From positions 204,414,001 to 204,478,000 of the forward strand of contig CM097883.1 in NCBI GenBank assembly GCA_044892505.1: DNA of 64,000 nt, read 5' to 3'. Of the stretch, positions 24,032 to 35,977 are shown piece by piece (position 1 is the first letter of the stretch; the number at the start of each line of letters is the position of its first letter). This stretch comes from Schmidtea nova. Taxonomy: Eukaryota. The translations under genes were made by a program, and so were the position numbers. Below the pieces are notes generated by a model. That model had not been told where the DNA came from and did no database searches. It saw only the letters and a list, made by a program, of their open reading frames with translations.

Positions 24032-27000
24032 TGCCATCACTCATTGCGGCTGAAGTTGATGGCAAATTACCTCCTGCACTCGATTTATTTCTAGTGAGAG
24101 CTGAATCCCCTTCTTTCAGCGTTGCTCCGAACTTTTGCAGTACTCTCGATTTTCTTGTTGACACAGGATCCAGCCTCTCCATTCTTCCTTTACAATATGA
24201 ATCTCTTTGCGATGATTCCGTTTATACCTTGAAAGCCGCCAACGGAACCATGGTAAATACACACGGTTCTTTTTCAGCAAATTTCGTTCTTCCTTCTTTA
24301 AATCAATCTTTTATATGGAAGTTCTGTGTCGCTGACGTTATCCATCCCATTCTTGGCTCAGACTTTTTGAGTTCACACAATTTGTTGGTCGATTGTCGTT
24401 CACGCCTTTTGAGAACACATTCGCACACAAATTCGTCTTTAATCATTGACACAAAAAAACTCAACATTTCCGACTCATCTGACGTTTCTGTATCTACTGC
24501 CATTCAACCCATTCATCCAAAGATTGCTACAGACATTTTAAATAAATACACATTTTCACAAACAATGCCTTTACGAAAGCAAGTCTCTGTAACATCTTAC
24601 TGCCATACTATCAACACCACAAACTCTCTTCCGGTACGTTGTAAAGTACGCCCTCTTTCGAACGAAAAACTAGATTTTGTTCGCTCCGAATTCGCTACTT
24701 TGTTGAACGAAGGCATTATAAAAAGATCTAAATCTCCATGGTCTTCACCACTTCATCTCGTACCAAAGAAAGACGGAACTTTCAGACCTTGTGGAGATTA
24801 TCGTCGTTTAAATATGATTACGGTTCACGACTCATATTCTATGCCTTTAGTAAACGACATTTTGTACAGACTTACCGAGGCCAAAATATTTTCAACTATC
24901 GACTTAGTTAAGGCCTATCACCAAATCCCAGTTAAAGAATCTGACGTGGAAAAAACCGCAGTTTTAACACCTATCGGACTTTTTGAGTACGTTTTCATGC
25001 CGTTTGGCCTTAGAAATTCCGCTCAAACCTTTCAAAGACACATCGACCATATTTTAATGGATTTACCATTCGCAATTCCTTATATTGACGATATCCTTAT
25101 TGGTTCTAAGGATGCGGAAACACACAAAAAACATTTAGATGCAGTTCTTTGCGCACTTTCTTCCAATAACCTACAAATTAATTTAGATAAGTGTTTATTT
25201 TTTAAAGAAGAAGTCCGTTTTTTAGGTCACATTATCTCGGGTCAAGGCGTCAGTCCACCATCCGACAGACTAGATACTATATCTAAGTTTCCTCTTCCAC
25301 AAACTGTTACTCAACTTCGGAGTTTTCTGGGAACAGTAAACTATTGCCACCGTTTTATTCCTAAAATTTCAGAAATTCTTTCACCTCTTTCTGGTTACTG
25401 TTCTAAACCAAAGAAATCTATAATTCCTTGGAACGATACTTCGTTGCTCGCTTTTGAGCATGCCAAAACAGCCCTTTCAAACATACAGACTTTGCATTAT
25501 CCACGAGGAGATTTGCCATTACGTTTAACCACAGACGCGTCAAACATAGCAATCGGTGCCGTTTTGCACCAGATAAACGGTTACATCCCAGAGCCACTAG
25601 AATTTTACTCAAAGAAACTTACCTCACCACAACAAAAATATTCAGCTTTCGACCGCGAACTTCTCGCTATTTACCAGTCGGTTAAACATTTTAAGCATTT
25701 ACTCGAGGGCCGTCTTTTTAGCATCCATACAGACCACAAGCCACTTGTTTACTTGTTCTCAATGAAAGACCCTTCTCCGAGACAACAACGCCAGATTAGC
25801 TATATTAGCGAATTTTCTTGCCAAATATACCACATCGCCGGCAGTGATAACATTATAGCTGATTGCCTTTCACGAAATGTAAACGCAATTATCCACTGTC
25901 CTTTATTTTCTATCGACGAACTCCAAAATAATCCTCCAGACGCCATTGATATTTCGAAATTTGGCGACAAACACATAATCAAAGACAAAATTCACTACGA
26001 CTCATCTCTTCCTGGCACTCTTCGCCCAATCTTGAATGACTCCATGAGAAAACTGGCTTTTCTCTCTGTCCACAACACGCACCACCCAGGTTCCTCAGCC
26101 ACTTTTAATCTATTACACACGTGTGTAGTTTGGCCAAACATGAGACATGATGTTAAACTCTGGGTTGCACAATGCATAGGATGCCAACGTTTTAAGATAA
26201 CTAAGCACACTAAACCTCCAATAATTCATTATCCCACTGGCAACCGTTTCGAAAACTTACACATTGACATCGTCGGCCCAGTCCCAAGTGACTGCGGTTT
26301 CTCTTACTTATTAACCATGATCGACCGCAAGACTCGTTGGTTCGAAGTCATTCCTTTACGCACCATTTCTTCTAACACTATCGCAACTTCGCTAATTCAA
26401 AATTGGATTTCACGATATGGAGTTCCCAAGTCGATCATCAGTGATCGCGGAACACAGTTTGAATCTAACTTATTTCAAGCTTTGACCGCTAAACTTGGGA
26501 TACAACATCTTCGTACGACCACATATCATCCACAAACAAACGGGTTAGTCGAACGTTTCCATCGTACTTTAAAAGCTTCTCTTGGCATTCTTTCTGAACA
26601 ACAAGGTTGGACAAAGGTTTTACCTTTCGTATTATTAGGTTGGCGAAATACACCTTCTAGGACTACAGGATCATCACCTGCTCAATTACTTTTCGGTACA
26701 AACACATCGTTACCCGGTCAACTTGTCGACTTTGATAACTCTCCTACTTTGGAAGATCTCGCGATTGCTAGAGACCATTTTTTATCAATCGACACTAATC
26801 CTGAATTCTCTTCCTCGACCACCTATAAACCTTACATTCCAAAAACATTCGAAAATGCATCACACGTCTATATTAGAAATATAACTGATGCAAGTTTAAA
26901 GCCAAGATATTCCGGACCTTACAAGCTCGTCGAGATTAAAGAAAACAACGCGAAAGTGATCGTTAACGACGCTACACAAACATTTAACCTCTGCCGTCTT

Positions 27001-27372
27001 AAACCAGCTTTAGTTTTGCTCGATGATGAACCTTCACCTGACAATCTCTCGACCCAAACCGATATAATCTCGAACTCTCACACAAACGATAATGACCCTA
27101 TCAATTCCACTGAGGACGATCTTTCCAACAACTCACCTTCATACCCGATTGTTCAAACATCAAACGCAGAAAACAAAATGACGGAAAAATCTGAATACAT
27201 ACCGTTTATCCCAGAACCGAATGACGTACTTCGTTTACCACCCATTTTGAGGAAAGCAAAGCAAACACAAAATAAACCAAAGTCCGTCACTTACAACAAA
27301 TGGGTTCGTGTCCGTTCTATTAATCAAAAACCGGATTCACCAACTAGACTAATAAGAATCTATTCAAATTAA
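23962..27372 (+). CDS. pol: Pol (protease-RT-RNase H-integrase), in the -1 frame relative to ORF1
   Basis: FLVDTGSS protease, YIDDILI RT, TTDASNIAIGAVL RNase H, HIDIVGP / SDRGTQF / GLVERFHRTLK integrase, GPY motif; no internal stops. Confidence 0.97.
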   Translation: MHRRLQILQFPTIFSKQHSKKLVMPSLIAAEVDGKLPPALDLFLVRAESPSFSVAPNFCSTLDFLVDTGSSLSILPLQYESLCDDSVYTLKAANGTMVNTHGSFSANFVLPSLNQSFIWKFCVADVIHPILGSDFLSSHNLLVDCRSRLLRTHSHTNSSLIIDTKKLNISDSSDVSVSTAIQPIHPKIATDILNKYTFSQTMPLRKQVSVTSYCHTINTTNSLPVRCKVRPLSNEKLDFVRSEFATLLNEGIIKRSKSPWSSPLHLVPKKDGTFRPCGDYRRLNMITVHDSYSMPLVNDILYRLTEAKIFSTIDLVKAYHQIPVKESDVEKTAVLTPIGLFEYVFMPFGLRNSAQTFQRHIDHILMDLPFAIPYIDDILIGSKDAETHKKHLDAVLCALSSNNLQINLDKCLFFKEEVRFLGHIISGQGVSPPSDRLDTISKFPLPQTVTQLRSFLGTVNYCHRFIPKISEILSPLSGYCSKPKKSIIPWNDTSLLAFEHAKTALSNIQTLHYPRGDLPLRLTTDASNIAIGAVLHQINGYIPEPLEFYSKKLTSPQQKYSAFDRELLAIYQSVKHFKHLLEGRLFSIHTDHKPLVYLFSMKDPSPRQQRQISYISEFSCQIYHIAGSDNIIADCLSRNVNAIIHCPLFSIDELQNNPPDAIDISKFGDKHIIKDKIHYDSSLPGTLRPILNDSMRKLAFLSVHNTHHPGSSATFNLLHTCVVWPNMRHDVKLWVAQCIGCQRFKITKHTKPPIIHYPTGNRFENLHIDIVGPVPSDCGFSYLLTMIDRKTRWFEVIPLRTISSNTIATSLIQNWISRYGVPKSIISDRGTQFESNLFQALTAKLGIQHLRTTTYHPQTNGLVERFHRTLKASLGILSEQQGWTKVLPFVLLGWRNTPSRTTGSSPAQLLFGTNTSLPGQLVDFDNSPTLEDLAIARDHFLSIDTNPEFSSSTTYKPYIPKTFENASHVYIRNITDASLKPRYSGPYKLVEIKENNAKVIVNDATQTFNLCRLKPALVLLDDEPSPDNLSTQTDIISNSHTNDNDPINSTEDDLSNNSPSYPIVQTSNAENKMTEKSEYIPFIPEPNDVLRLPPILRKAKQTQNKPKSVTYNKWVRVRSINQKPDSPTRLIRIYSN
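24019..24025 (+). promoter_or_regulatory. -1 ribosomal frameshift slippery heptamer A AAA AAC
   Basis: Sits in correct ORF1 codon phase one codon before the ORF1 stop; Pol is in the -1 frame. Confidence 0.8.
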
Positions 27373-27589
27373 TTGCACCACTGTCCACCAAGTTCTATTA
27401 GTTTTTTTTTTTTCGGTTTCCTAAATTTCTTTCGCAATTCTTTCTCAGGTTATTCCATGTCATTCACGACTCTTTCCAAATACTTTCTGGACACTACAAA
27501 ATACCATATTATTATATACTAAACTACTATATTACGTATCTACATTATAGTATTTCAAAATGTGCTCCACATCTTCCGATGAGGGCTGA

Positions 27590-28354
27590 TGTAGTGGTCC
27601 GGAAGGCCGATAACCAAGATTCGTTCAAAGCAGTAAAAGAACATAGCCTGCCTCAAACTTTCACTCTATTCAGTATTATTGAATTTTCAACAAGTCATTT
27701 TAATGACGAAGAAAAAAATAAACTCCAAAAAAATAACAATCTGAGTTAAAAAAAATAACTGTGGTCAAACTGTAAAATTTTCATTTTTAATTTTGGCATT
27801 TACATTTATTTTTACATTAATTAACTTTAACTTGGAGTTTGTTTTAATATTCTGGCAGAATTTATATTTTGTTTCTAAAGTTTGAAACGTTTAACATTGT
27901 TTAAAATAAATATTTTCAAAAAGTGGACTACTAGTTTTTGATAATTGAAAATGCGTTATTCTATTGTTAAAATTTTAATTGTTCTACAAATTTTAACACT
28001 CCATATTTTGCAAATGTGTCACAGTAATATTGTTGGATGTGGTGGTTTCGTTAAAACAGATATCATTGGATTTGCTTATCATAAATTATCAGCACAATTA
28101 ATGTTTTCGGACGGAACTCTAAATTATGTGACTGATGTCCTTCCAAATGGAGCGCATTCTATTCCTATATATGATTTCGGTTTCTATGTTACCAAAATTA
28201 TGAGTCCTGACGGTTGGAATATTGAACCAACTGATGGCTACGTTATAAACATTAATAGCCAAGATTCTTGTCCAGATGACTATAATTTTCATTTCGCTGG
28301 TTTTACCGTACTTGGTAAAGTATCAACAGCTAATATTGAAACAGGTCCACTAAA
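27590..28354 (+). repeat. 3' LTR
   Basis: Direct repeat of 20899-21663, preceded by purine-rich GAGGGCTGA and followed by the TSD. Confidence 0.95.
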
Positions 28355-28358
28355 ATAA
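27945..28358 (+). pseudogene. NOMO: Captured NOMO (nodal modulator) N-terminal fragment in the 3' LTR; same copy at 21260-21663
   Basis: Signal-peptide-like MRYSIVKILIVLQILTLHIL, then IVGCGGFVK...GTLNYVTD..PNG...IPIYD.G...P.GW..EP...C...NF.F.GFTV.GKV, which matches the recalled NOMO1 N-terminus. The stop is supplied by the flanking TSD. Confidence 0.85.
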
Positions 28359-29204
28359 TGAACACAGATATCCAAGTTGCGTCAACTCCGTCACTAACGC
28401 AGTCGGTGAATCTATCAAATATAAATTTATTGAAGGTGACAACTAAGAATATATTATGTAACAAATCATGACATAACTATATGAAATTAAAAAGTTAATA
28501 TCTTTTACGGAACTCATTTTATTGATGCCACCTAGCAATTGCATTTGGATAATAATAATTATTATTTAGATAACAATAATTTATTTGCGACCCATTGAAT
28601 AAGTCAAGCATAAATGTGCACAAATTTTCTGTAAACTTTAAACATGGAAATCACACAACATTTTGTAATTATTTACAAATATAATTTGTAGAAATTTATC
28701 AAAATAATAAATTTTTGAATTTTGTAATGCCAATTCCATTCTATTAATGGTAATTTATTTCATTTATGGAAATCAATTGAAAAAATGAAAGTCAATTATT
28801 ATTAAATTTGGATATTTTAATCCCTTTTTATTGAATAATAATATTATTACACTTTTTATTGAATTTTTATCGACTTCATATATATTCCTATTGATCATTT
28901 CTAAATTTTAAAATTATTTAAAATCGAAATTCACAAAACTAGGTAAAAATGAACTTTGAAACATTCTAAATTTTTTATATGAAAAATTTGTTTCTTAATA
29001 TAGAAAAATATCAACGAAACGAATGAAAATAAATAAAAATAATCGAAAAAAATCGTGTTTAGCGACGAAAAAAATTCCAAAAATGGCTCATTTGTCAAAA
29101 TATGGATTTTTGCATTTGAAATATTCGGTTGGCAGCGAGTGAGTCACGGAGAAATCGATAAATTGCATTTTTGAATTTCATTTTCATTAGTTGTCATTTG
29201 CTAA

Positions 29205-29299
29205 CCAATCGCAGCTCTCAATCACAACCAATTGCTGATCAAATATCTGCCAATCAAATCACACGAAAATCAATAAAATTTAATCCTTTTGATCTTGAA
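29205..29299 (+). promoter_or_regulatory. Putative cdc25 promoter: three CCAAT boxes plus a CHR-like CTTGAA
   Basis: CCAAT at 29205, 29228 and 29250; CTTGAA at 29294; mirrored in the inverted copy. Multiple CCAAT plus CHR is typical of animal G2/M genes. Confidence 0.45.
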
Positions 29300-29410
29300 A
29301 GACCCCATGAAAAATACGGCAATTTTAATGAGTTCATCAGTTCAAAGAATTGCAAAATTCAAAACAATTCGGTAGGTTTTATAATCCTTCTGTGACTATA
29401 TTATCGGACT

Positions 29411-30676
29411 ATGAAGATTCAGCAAAATCCGTCAAGATCTGGTGACGTTTCTAACGATAATAATTCTTTGGATTCTGGTTTCGATACTGAGCATAGTCAA
29501 GATGACATTCTCTCCTTCGTGCTGGAAAACAACGAGGAGAATATTCGGTCAAATCTCTCACAGACTTCACAAAGGATTCCAATATTTCAAGTAAAATTGA
29601 CTAATTTTATTCATGATGAAACTTATGTTAATTTATAGATGGATGTATTATCGGACCCAGTAACGGACTGTTCGGATTCCACAGAATATTTACTGCCAGT
29701 CACAACGGAGACCACTCGTCATCTATTTATTCCTCAAATATCCACATCGACATTGGCTAAGCTGATTTCTGGCAATCATATCCTCGATAACCCCGTTGAA
29801 ATATTTGATTGTCGCTACCCTTATGAATATTCCGCTGGCCACATTGTCCATTCGAGAAATGCTTACAATAAGCAAGTGCTCCTTCAAATGTTGTTTCCGA
29901 TATCCGAATCAACAGTCAATCAACATCCAACGGATGTTACATTAAGGAAAACTTTGAAAAGAGATGACACGATTTATATATTCTATTGTGAATACAGCAG
30001 CTACCGGGCCCCTGGATTGTGAGTTCTCATTTATATTGNNNNNNNNNNNNNNNNNNNNNNNNNNNNNNNNNNNNNNNNNNNNNNNNNNNNNNNNNNNNNN
30101 NNNNNNNNNNNNNNNNNNNNNNNNNNNNNNNNNNNNNNNNNNNNNNNNNNNNNNNNNNNNNNNNNNNNNNNNNNNNNNNNNNNNNNNNNNNNNNNNNNNN
30201 NNNNNNNNNNNNNNNNNNNNNNNNNNNNNNNNNNNNNNNNNNNNNNNNNNNNNNNNNNNNNNNNNNNNNNNNNNNNNNNNNNNNNNNNGCATTCGAGAAT
30301 TAGATCGGATAGTAAATGGTTACAATCGAGATTTATTTTTCCCAAATATTTATATTCTCAACGGAGGCTATCGGGAATTTTTCAATAATTATCCTGTAAA
30401 TTTGTATACTTATTTAATTGTTGAATGACGAATTGTATTTAGATATTGTGCTGTCCTCAAGGGTACATGAGCATGGATCTGTTCCTCTGCATTATAGACA
30501 ATAATCGCATGTACACCAAGGACTGTTCAATGCTAGATGAGCAAAATATGAAAAGGAAATACCACAATCAAAATGTAGAATTAACAAACAAATATAAAGT
30601 AGCAATTACCAAATCGTCGAGAATCAGCGACATTCTGTCTTTATTTGCATCGCATCCTAAAATCAGAAACAAATAG
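29411..30676 (+). CDS. cdc25: Cdc25 M-phase inducer phosphatase, copy A (spliced: 29411-29590, 29639-30018, exon 3 emerging from the gap to 30395, 30443-30676)
   Basis: IFDCRYPYEYSAGHI, catalytic CX5R in FYCEYSSYRAP, IRELDR...YILNGGYREFF. GT-AG introns of 48 and 47 nt; intron 2 contains an N gap. Confidence 0.92.
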
Positions 30677-32959
30677 AAAAAAATTCGTATTTTTACCATC
30701 TGAATTGGTCTGTGATATTTCTATGATCTCTATTTTGATCTCATTCTTGATGGAAACATCGAAATTAATTTTTTAATAAACTTTCCTTTTAATAATTTTC
30801 TTCATTAGTCTTTCATTTTTTGATATCTACCCAGAGTCCTGCTCGTGAAATGCTCAGAAGAGGATTTCCATGTCTCGGTAAGGGTTATATTTGTTTTATT
30901 TTGCCGCACATATATGGTTTCGAGACTTTTCCAGCTCCGTGATTCTTATTTTCTATATTAATTGCTCCAGTTATACCTTAATTGCAAGGGTGAATCACAC
31001 AAGAATACGTTTAAATCATTTCAATTCGACATCCAATGTTTCTCCTAACGAGCGTAATTGCTCAAGAATATTTTTAAAATATTAATAATAATATCGAAGA
31101 ACAAGCATTGATATCAGGAATTCCAAAAATGCTTCTTGATTCTTAATTTATTTACTGCACTCTCTTTCAACAGCATGTATATAATTAATTTGAAATACTG
31201 AAAATAAATTTTTAAAATTTTTCAGTCAAAATTTAGCGAAATTGTGACGTAATTTTATGTCAAAACAATAATTTAATATCACTTTATATCAGCAATTTTA
31301 ACGGTGGCAAGGAGATTTTTTAAAGCTGTTGGGGTTATCATTTTTGGTGCAAAAAAAAAGTTACAAGAACGGAAAATATAAAATTTAGCAATTCAAAAAA
31401 GAGCAAAATTAATTTTTAATTTTGCTCTATTTTGAATTGCTAAATTTTATATTTTCCGTAAAAATTAAAAATAAATTCTTTGAGGAGGAAACGGGTATGA
31501 GCGGAAGACAAATTGTGAAACGAAAACGAAATCGAAAATTATAAAAAGATTAATGGGATCCGAGGAAAAGTTTTTTACAAATACAAATTAATTAAGAAAA
31601 TAAATCAATTTAATTAAAAATAATATGAAAATCCCGAGCTATAACAAAAAAGCCTAATCAATTTTTTAATTAAAACCTGGCAATTGATCAACAAAAATAT
31701 TGGGGTCGTGTTTAAATAAGAACGAAATAAAATAAAAAGCACTAAATCTATGTGCAAAAGAACACAAAAAATTTTAAAATTATTAGTTACTAAAATTTAT
31801 TAAAATTTTAAAAAATTTTAAAAAATAAAGATTTAGCTGGGGAAACTGGTATGGGAGAATGCCAAATGATGAGACAAATTCAAATATGGTAATTTAAAAT
31901 TAAAAATGGGCCCCAGAAAGAAAATTTAGAAAAATATTAAAAAATAGAAATTAACTACCTAGTGGAAAGCAAGATCTGTTTAGGAAACAAAATTGTTAAA
32001 ATACTAGGGGAAATTGAAGGATCTAGCAGAAGCATGGGTGAGAAGCGCTTAAACTTTTTAAAAGCCATAACAAAATCAATTAGTAAAAAACCCAGTGAGA
32101 TTAGAGGACCCAAGTGGTAAGGAGAAGCAGGATGAATCACAAACACACTTTAAGACCAAAATGAAGCAAGAAGCGCTGACGAGTAATACAATTAAGTAGG
32201 AGATTTACTCAATTAAGGAAGCAATATAAAAAGAGATGAGTCTTAAATGTTTGCACTAGATTGTTGAAACACGATATTTGAATTGAAAATTTCGATAAAG
32301 ATTGTCTAAAAAGAAAAAGGGACCAAGAATTTGTGTCAACTCAATTGTTTGAGTACCAGATAGGGTGATCTCCCATTGGAACACTTGAAGAGGGCAGATC
32401 CCTGTGTAACTTGTGTAGTGAAATTTGATAATAAAGATTACTGTGTTTGGTTTTTGTTAATTTGTTTCTAAAGAAAAGAAACAAGAAGTCAAGCAGTATC
32501 CAACTTTTTAATAATAACTCAATAAAGATAAGGCCTGGTGGCAGCAGGATGATAATTAGATTAGGTTTCTGCTTAATTTGCATAATTTGCACTCCAAATT
32601 AGAGAGAGAGCCCAATTTTTATTTTGCATTAAAATTTGTATATAAAATCTTTACATTTTTTAAAATTTTATATTTTTTTATTTTAATGTTTATTATAAAT
32701 AAAGTTTTATAAATTATTAATAAATGTTACTTTATGTGAGGCCCGCCAAAAAATTTTAAAATTTAAATTGGCCCATTGATTAAAAAGTTTGCTCACCCCT
32801 GGTTTAAATGAACCTTGCTTTACCAAAATTGTTCTTTCGGAATCTTCTAAATTTATTGGCTACAATGCTGTGGTTAAAGTTTATAGAGCTTAGTCCGTAG
32901 GTGTAGAATTAGTGTCAATGTTAATAGTTTTTTAATTTGGCGGCGGACTTATGCCCGTT

Positions 32960-33195
32960 CCAGTTGAACCAGAATGAACGTCTATTTTTTGTCATCTTAA
33001 CGATTAAAGCTATAGATTTGGATGCTGACAAAAATGGAAAGATTTCATATACTTTGAAAATACCGTTGGGGGGTACCGAGATATTTTGAAATAGATCGCG
33101 ACGGAGGACAGATATAAGTATCACAGACTTTATTTCTTTAAGTGACATATGTAATTATAGCGTTCACGTCATTGTTTCAGATAATGGTGCTTATT
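32960..33195 (+). pseudogene. Decayed cadherin-repeat (protocadherin-like) fragment
   Basis: ILTIKAIDLDADKNGKISYTL, then frameshifted YFEIDRDGGQI and NYSVHVIVSDNG, i.e. the A.D.D.G.NG / F.ID..TG.I / V.A.D.G cadherin motifs, with stops. Confidence 0.6.
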
Positions 33196-33599
33196 AAATA
33201 GGCTGACATACCTCCATAACACTTAGATAAATAACAAAAACAATAGTTTGGATCAACAAATAATATACTCATTGTAGTCGTATTATCAGGCAAGCACAAT
33301 TCTTTCTGACTCTAGTAATTTCCACGTTTTATTTTATAACAGGATTTGATATTGGATTATTTGCGTCCTCTTTTCTTTTCGTACTAACAGACGTACTCTG
33401 TAAATAACTCTTTAAAGTACCAGATTGTTTCTACCTTTGGGTTTCATTTTCCAGCCTTTGTCTTTTATAAACCAGACAGTTTTCCTTTTCGTCATAAGAC
33501 ATTTTTAACAGATGTCTCAAATTAAACAATGTAAAATACAAAATAACAATAATAATAATAAAAATGAAGATTTTTACATCTTTTAATTTTTGCAGTTTT

Positions 33600-34354
33600 C
33601 TTGTACGATAAACACCGAAGATGATGCTAAAATTGTAGACTTAATGACCCACTTGGATAAGAACTTTATGTTGGGAACATATTAAATGTTAGAATCGCTA
33701 TAAAAATATATTTTACTATCCCAGTGACCAGCTGCAAGGATGAAAGATCAATTTCAACATTATCTCGTGTTAAAAATCATATAAGAAGCTGCACTGGACA
33801 AGACCGACTTAACCCCTTTCTGCATGAGTGTTGATATATGAACATAATTAATTAAGACTCGAAAATATTCTTTTTTCATAAAAATATTATTTTGTTTCTG
33901 GTAACATTCTTAAGTTGCAACCCTGTTTATTCTAATTTAGTACCAAAAACTGTCAAGTGGCGCTAATGACCCTACTTTTTTAAATGTAACGGTTACTATT
34001 CGGCCATTTTTGTGAAATATTTTTTTAAATATAAACAAAAATTTCATGCAGAAAAGGGTTAATGCCTTATCATTAATGGCTACCGAATCTGAACTTCTCA
34101 GTGAAATGTATTTAGATTCCATTGTTGAAGATTTTCCAGAGAAAATCTAGAAGAAAATGCTTCTTTTTTTATTTATGAATTGTACTTCATGTTTATATCT
34201 TTTATATATGAATAAATGTAATATTATTTTCGAAATTAAATTATTATTTCAACTATATTACAGCAGGAAATAAATTAACCTTTTTGTTAAAAAAATTATA
34301 AAAGGGCCCCATAAGATTTTTAGCCCTGGGTCCCTCAAGAGTAAATCCGGCTCT
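33600..34354 (+). mobile_element. 3' remnant of a hAT element
   Basis: IAIKIYFTIPVTSCKDERSISTLSRVKNHIRSCTGQDRL|NALSLMATESELL is the hAT dimerisation domain, split by a TTAA MITE. TIR-like TCCGGCTCTG near 34345-34354. Confidence 0.7.
33813..34058. mobile_element. piggyBac-type MITE
   Basis: TTAA TSDs (33809-33812, 34059-34062); 15-bp TIRs CCCCTTTCTGCATGA / TCATGCAGAAAAGGG (14/15 match); removing it restores the hAT reading frame. Confidence 0.85.
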
Positions 34355-35977
34355 GGACAGAAACAATAAATACGAAATGTAAATTTCATGGTGATCTAAA
34401 AAAAGTATCACTTTCGATTAAATGGGTAAATTCGATTAATAAAGATTTGCCGCCCGCACAAATGTCCGTTTTGTCCGGCACGTAGAAGGGTCACCTAAAT
34501 AGAAATATATTAGTGAACAATGTACTTTTTTTCATTGCGCCCTTCATTTTAAAATGGTTAACCAATTCTGTTTTAAAGCTTATGCTGAATTCCACGAATT
34601 CAAAAAGAATGTTAAATAAAGGAAACTACCAAAAACTATAATTGACATTCTGTTTGATCATATATTTAATACATTCACTCAATTATTTTGCTGAACAAAT
34701 TAAAATTAATAAAATAAATTAAAAATATAAATAAAAATGAGCCAATTAGAGCAGAATATTTTATTAATACAAAAATTAAAACTGTTACTTACTTAATTTT
34801 GTCGCCTATCATTGTTGTTTGGTTAAATTTATTAGTAAAATTTATCCAGGTCAATGCAGCTCGTAATCAGCATCTTCTAATTCATCCTCCTTAAGCCTCT
34901 TTCAAAATCAGCACTCGATATTTGAAAGGTTCCACAAATATCAAGTAAAACTTTTACTTTTAAAGCTTTCTTTGAAAAGAACCAATTAAAGAAAATCATT
35001 GAAAATTATAAATAATATTTTTTAATTTTTCCCGAAAATAATTATTTATATCATTATTTATATCGCTCGTTACTATTTTGCTATTTATGTTAAGGATGAG
35101 ATAATTTATATTTTTGTTGGGTTGTTTATTTTAAGTCAGTTTATTATCTGACTCCTCGTGCTCCCAGAATTGAAAAATCACCAAAACCTAACACAATAAA
35201 TTTTATTGAATTCCACCAATTTACAAATAATAAATAAATAAATCAATCAATCAATACAATTTCCATTTCCCCCTCTATTCTGGTAGGCTTCACGCTTCTT
35301 GACTTGCTAATGCTGGGTTCTGCACTCACTTAGTCCTAGTTACCAAATGCGTGTTTACTGCTCGACAAATATTTGGCTTCACTAAATTTATTTTTATAGT
35401 TTTTCAGTTATGAAAACAACGCAATTAAATTTCCTGAAATGGAAAAACAATGGAATTTTTTCCTGTGTTTTAATTCAATTTTCGGTCTGTAAATCCGGTA
35501 ATCTAATTTGATATCGGGTTTTCCTCTTGCGCGGGTTTTTTATTAGTCTAGGTTTTACATTGACCCAGCCGTCCTAAAAACGTTGCATGTAGCTGGAAAC
35601 CTTTTAATATTAACTGGCATAATGTCACATTGAAATGATTTAAACGTATTCTTGTGTGATTCACCCTTGCAATTATGGAATAACTGGAGCAATTAATATA
35701 GAAAATAAGAATCATGGAGCTGGAAAAGTCTTGAAACCATATATGTGCGGCAAAATAAAACAAATATAACCCATACCGAGACATGGAAATCCTATTCTGA
35801 GCATTTCACGAGCAGGACTCTGGGTAGATATCAAAAAATGAAAGACTAATGAAGAAAATTATTAAAAGGAAAGTTTATTAAAAAATTAATTTCGATGTTT
35901 CCATCGAGAATAAGATCAAAATAGAGATCATAGAAATATCACAGACCAATTCAGATGATAAAAATATGAATATTTTT

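Larger units (their letters stand above)
20899..28354 (+). mobile_element. Intact, young Ty3/gypsy LTR retrotransposon (CsRN1-like Gag) with NOMO-containing LTRs
   Basis: 765-bp LTRs at 20899-21663 and 27590-28354, with one mismatch found by eye. 5-bp TSD ATAAT (20894-20898, 28355-28359). PBS, ORF1 and Pol are open. The empty site is present in the inverted copy near 38640-38660. Confidence 0.97.

Noticed and set aside
22987-26210. Short antisense ORFs within ORF1/Pol (similarly within the small gypsy and hAT)
   Set aside because: Shadow ORFs opposite real coding sequence, with no recognisable motifs.
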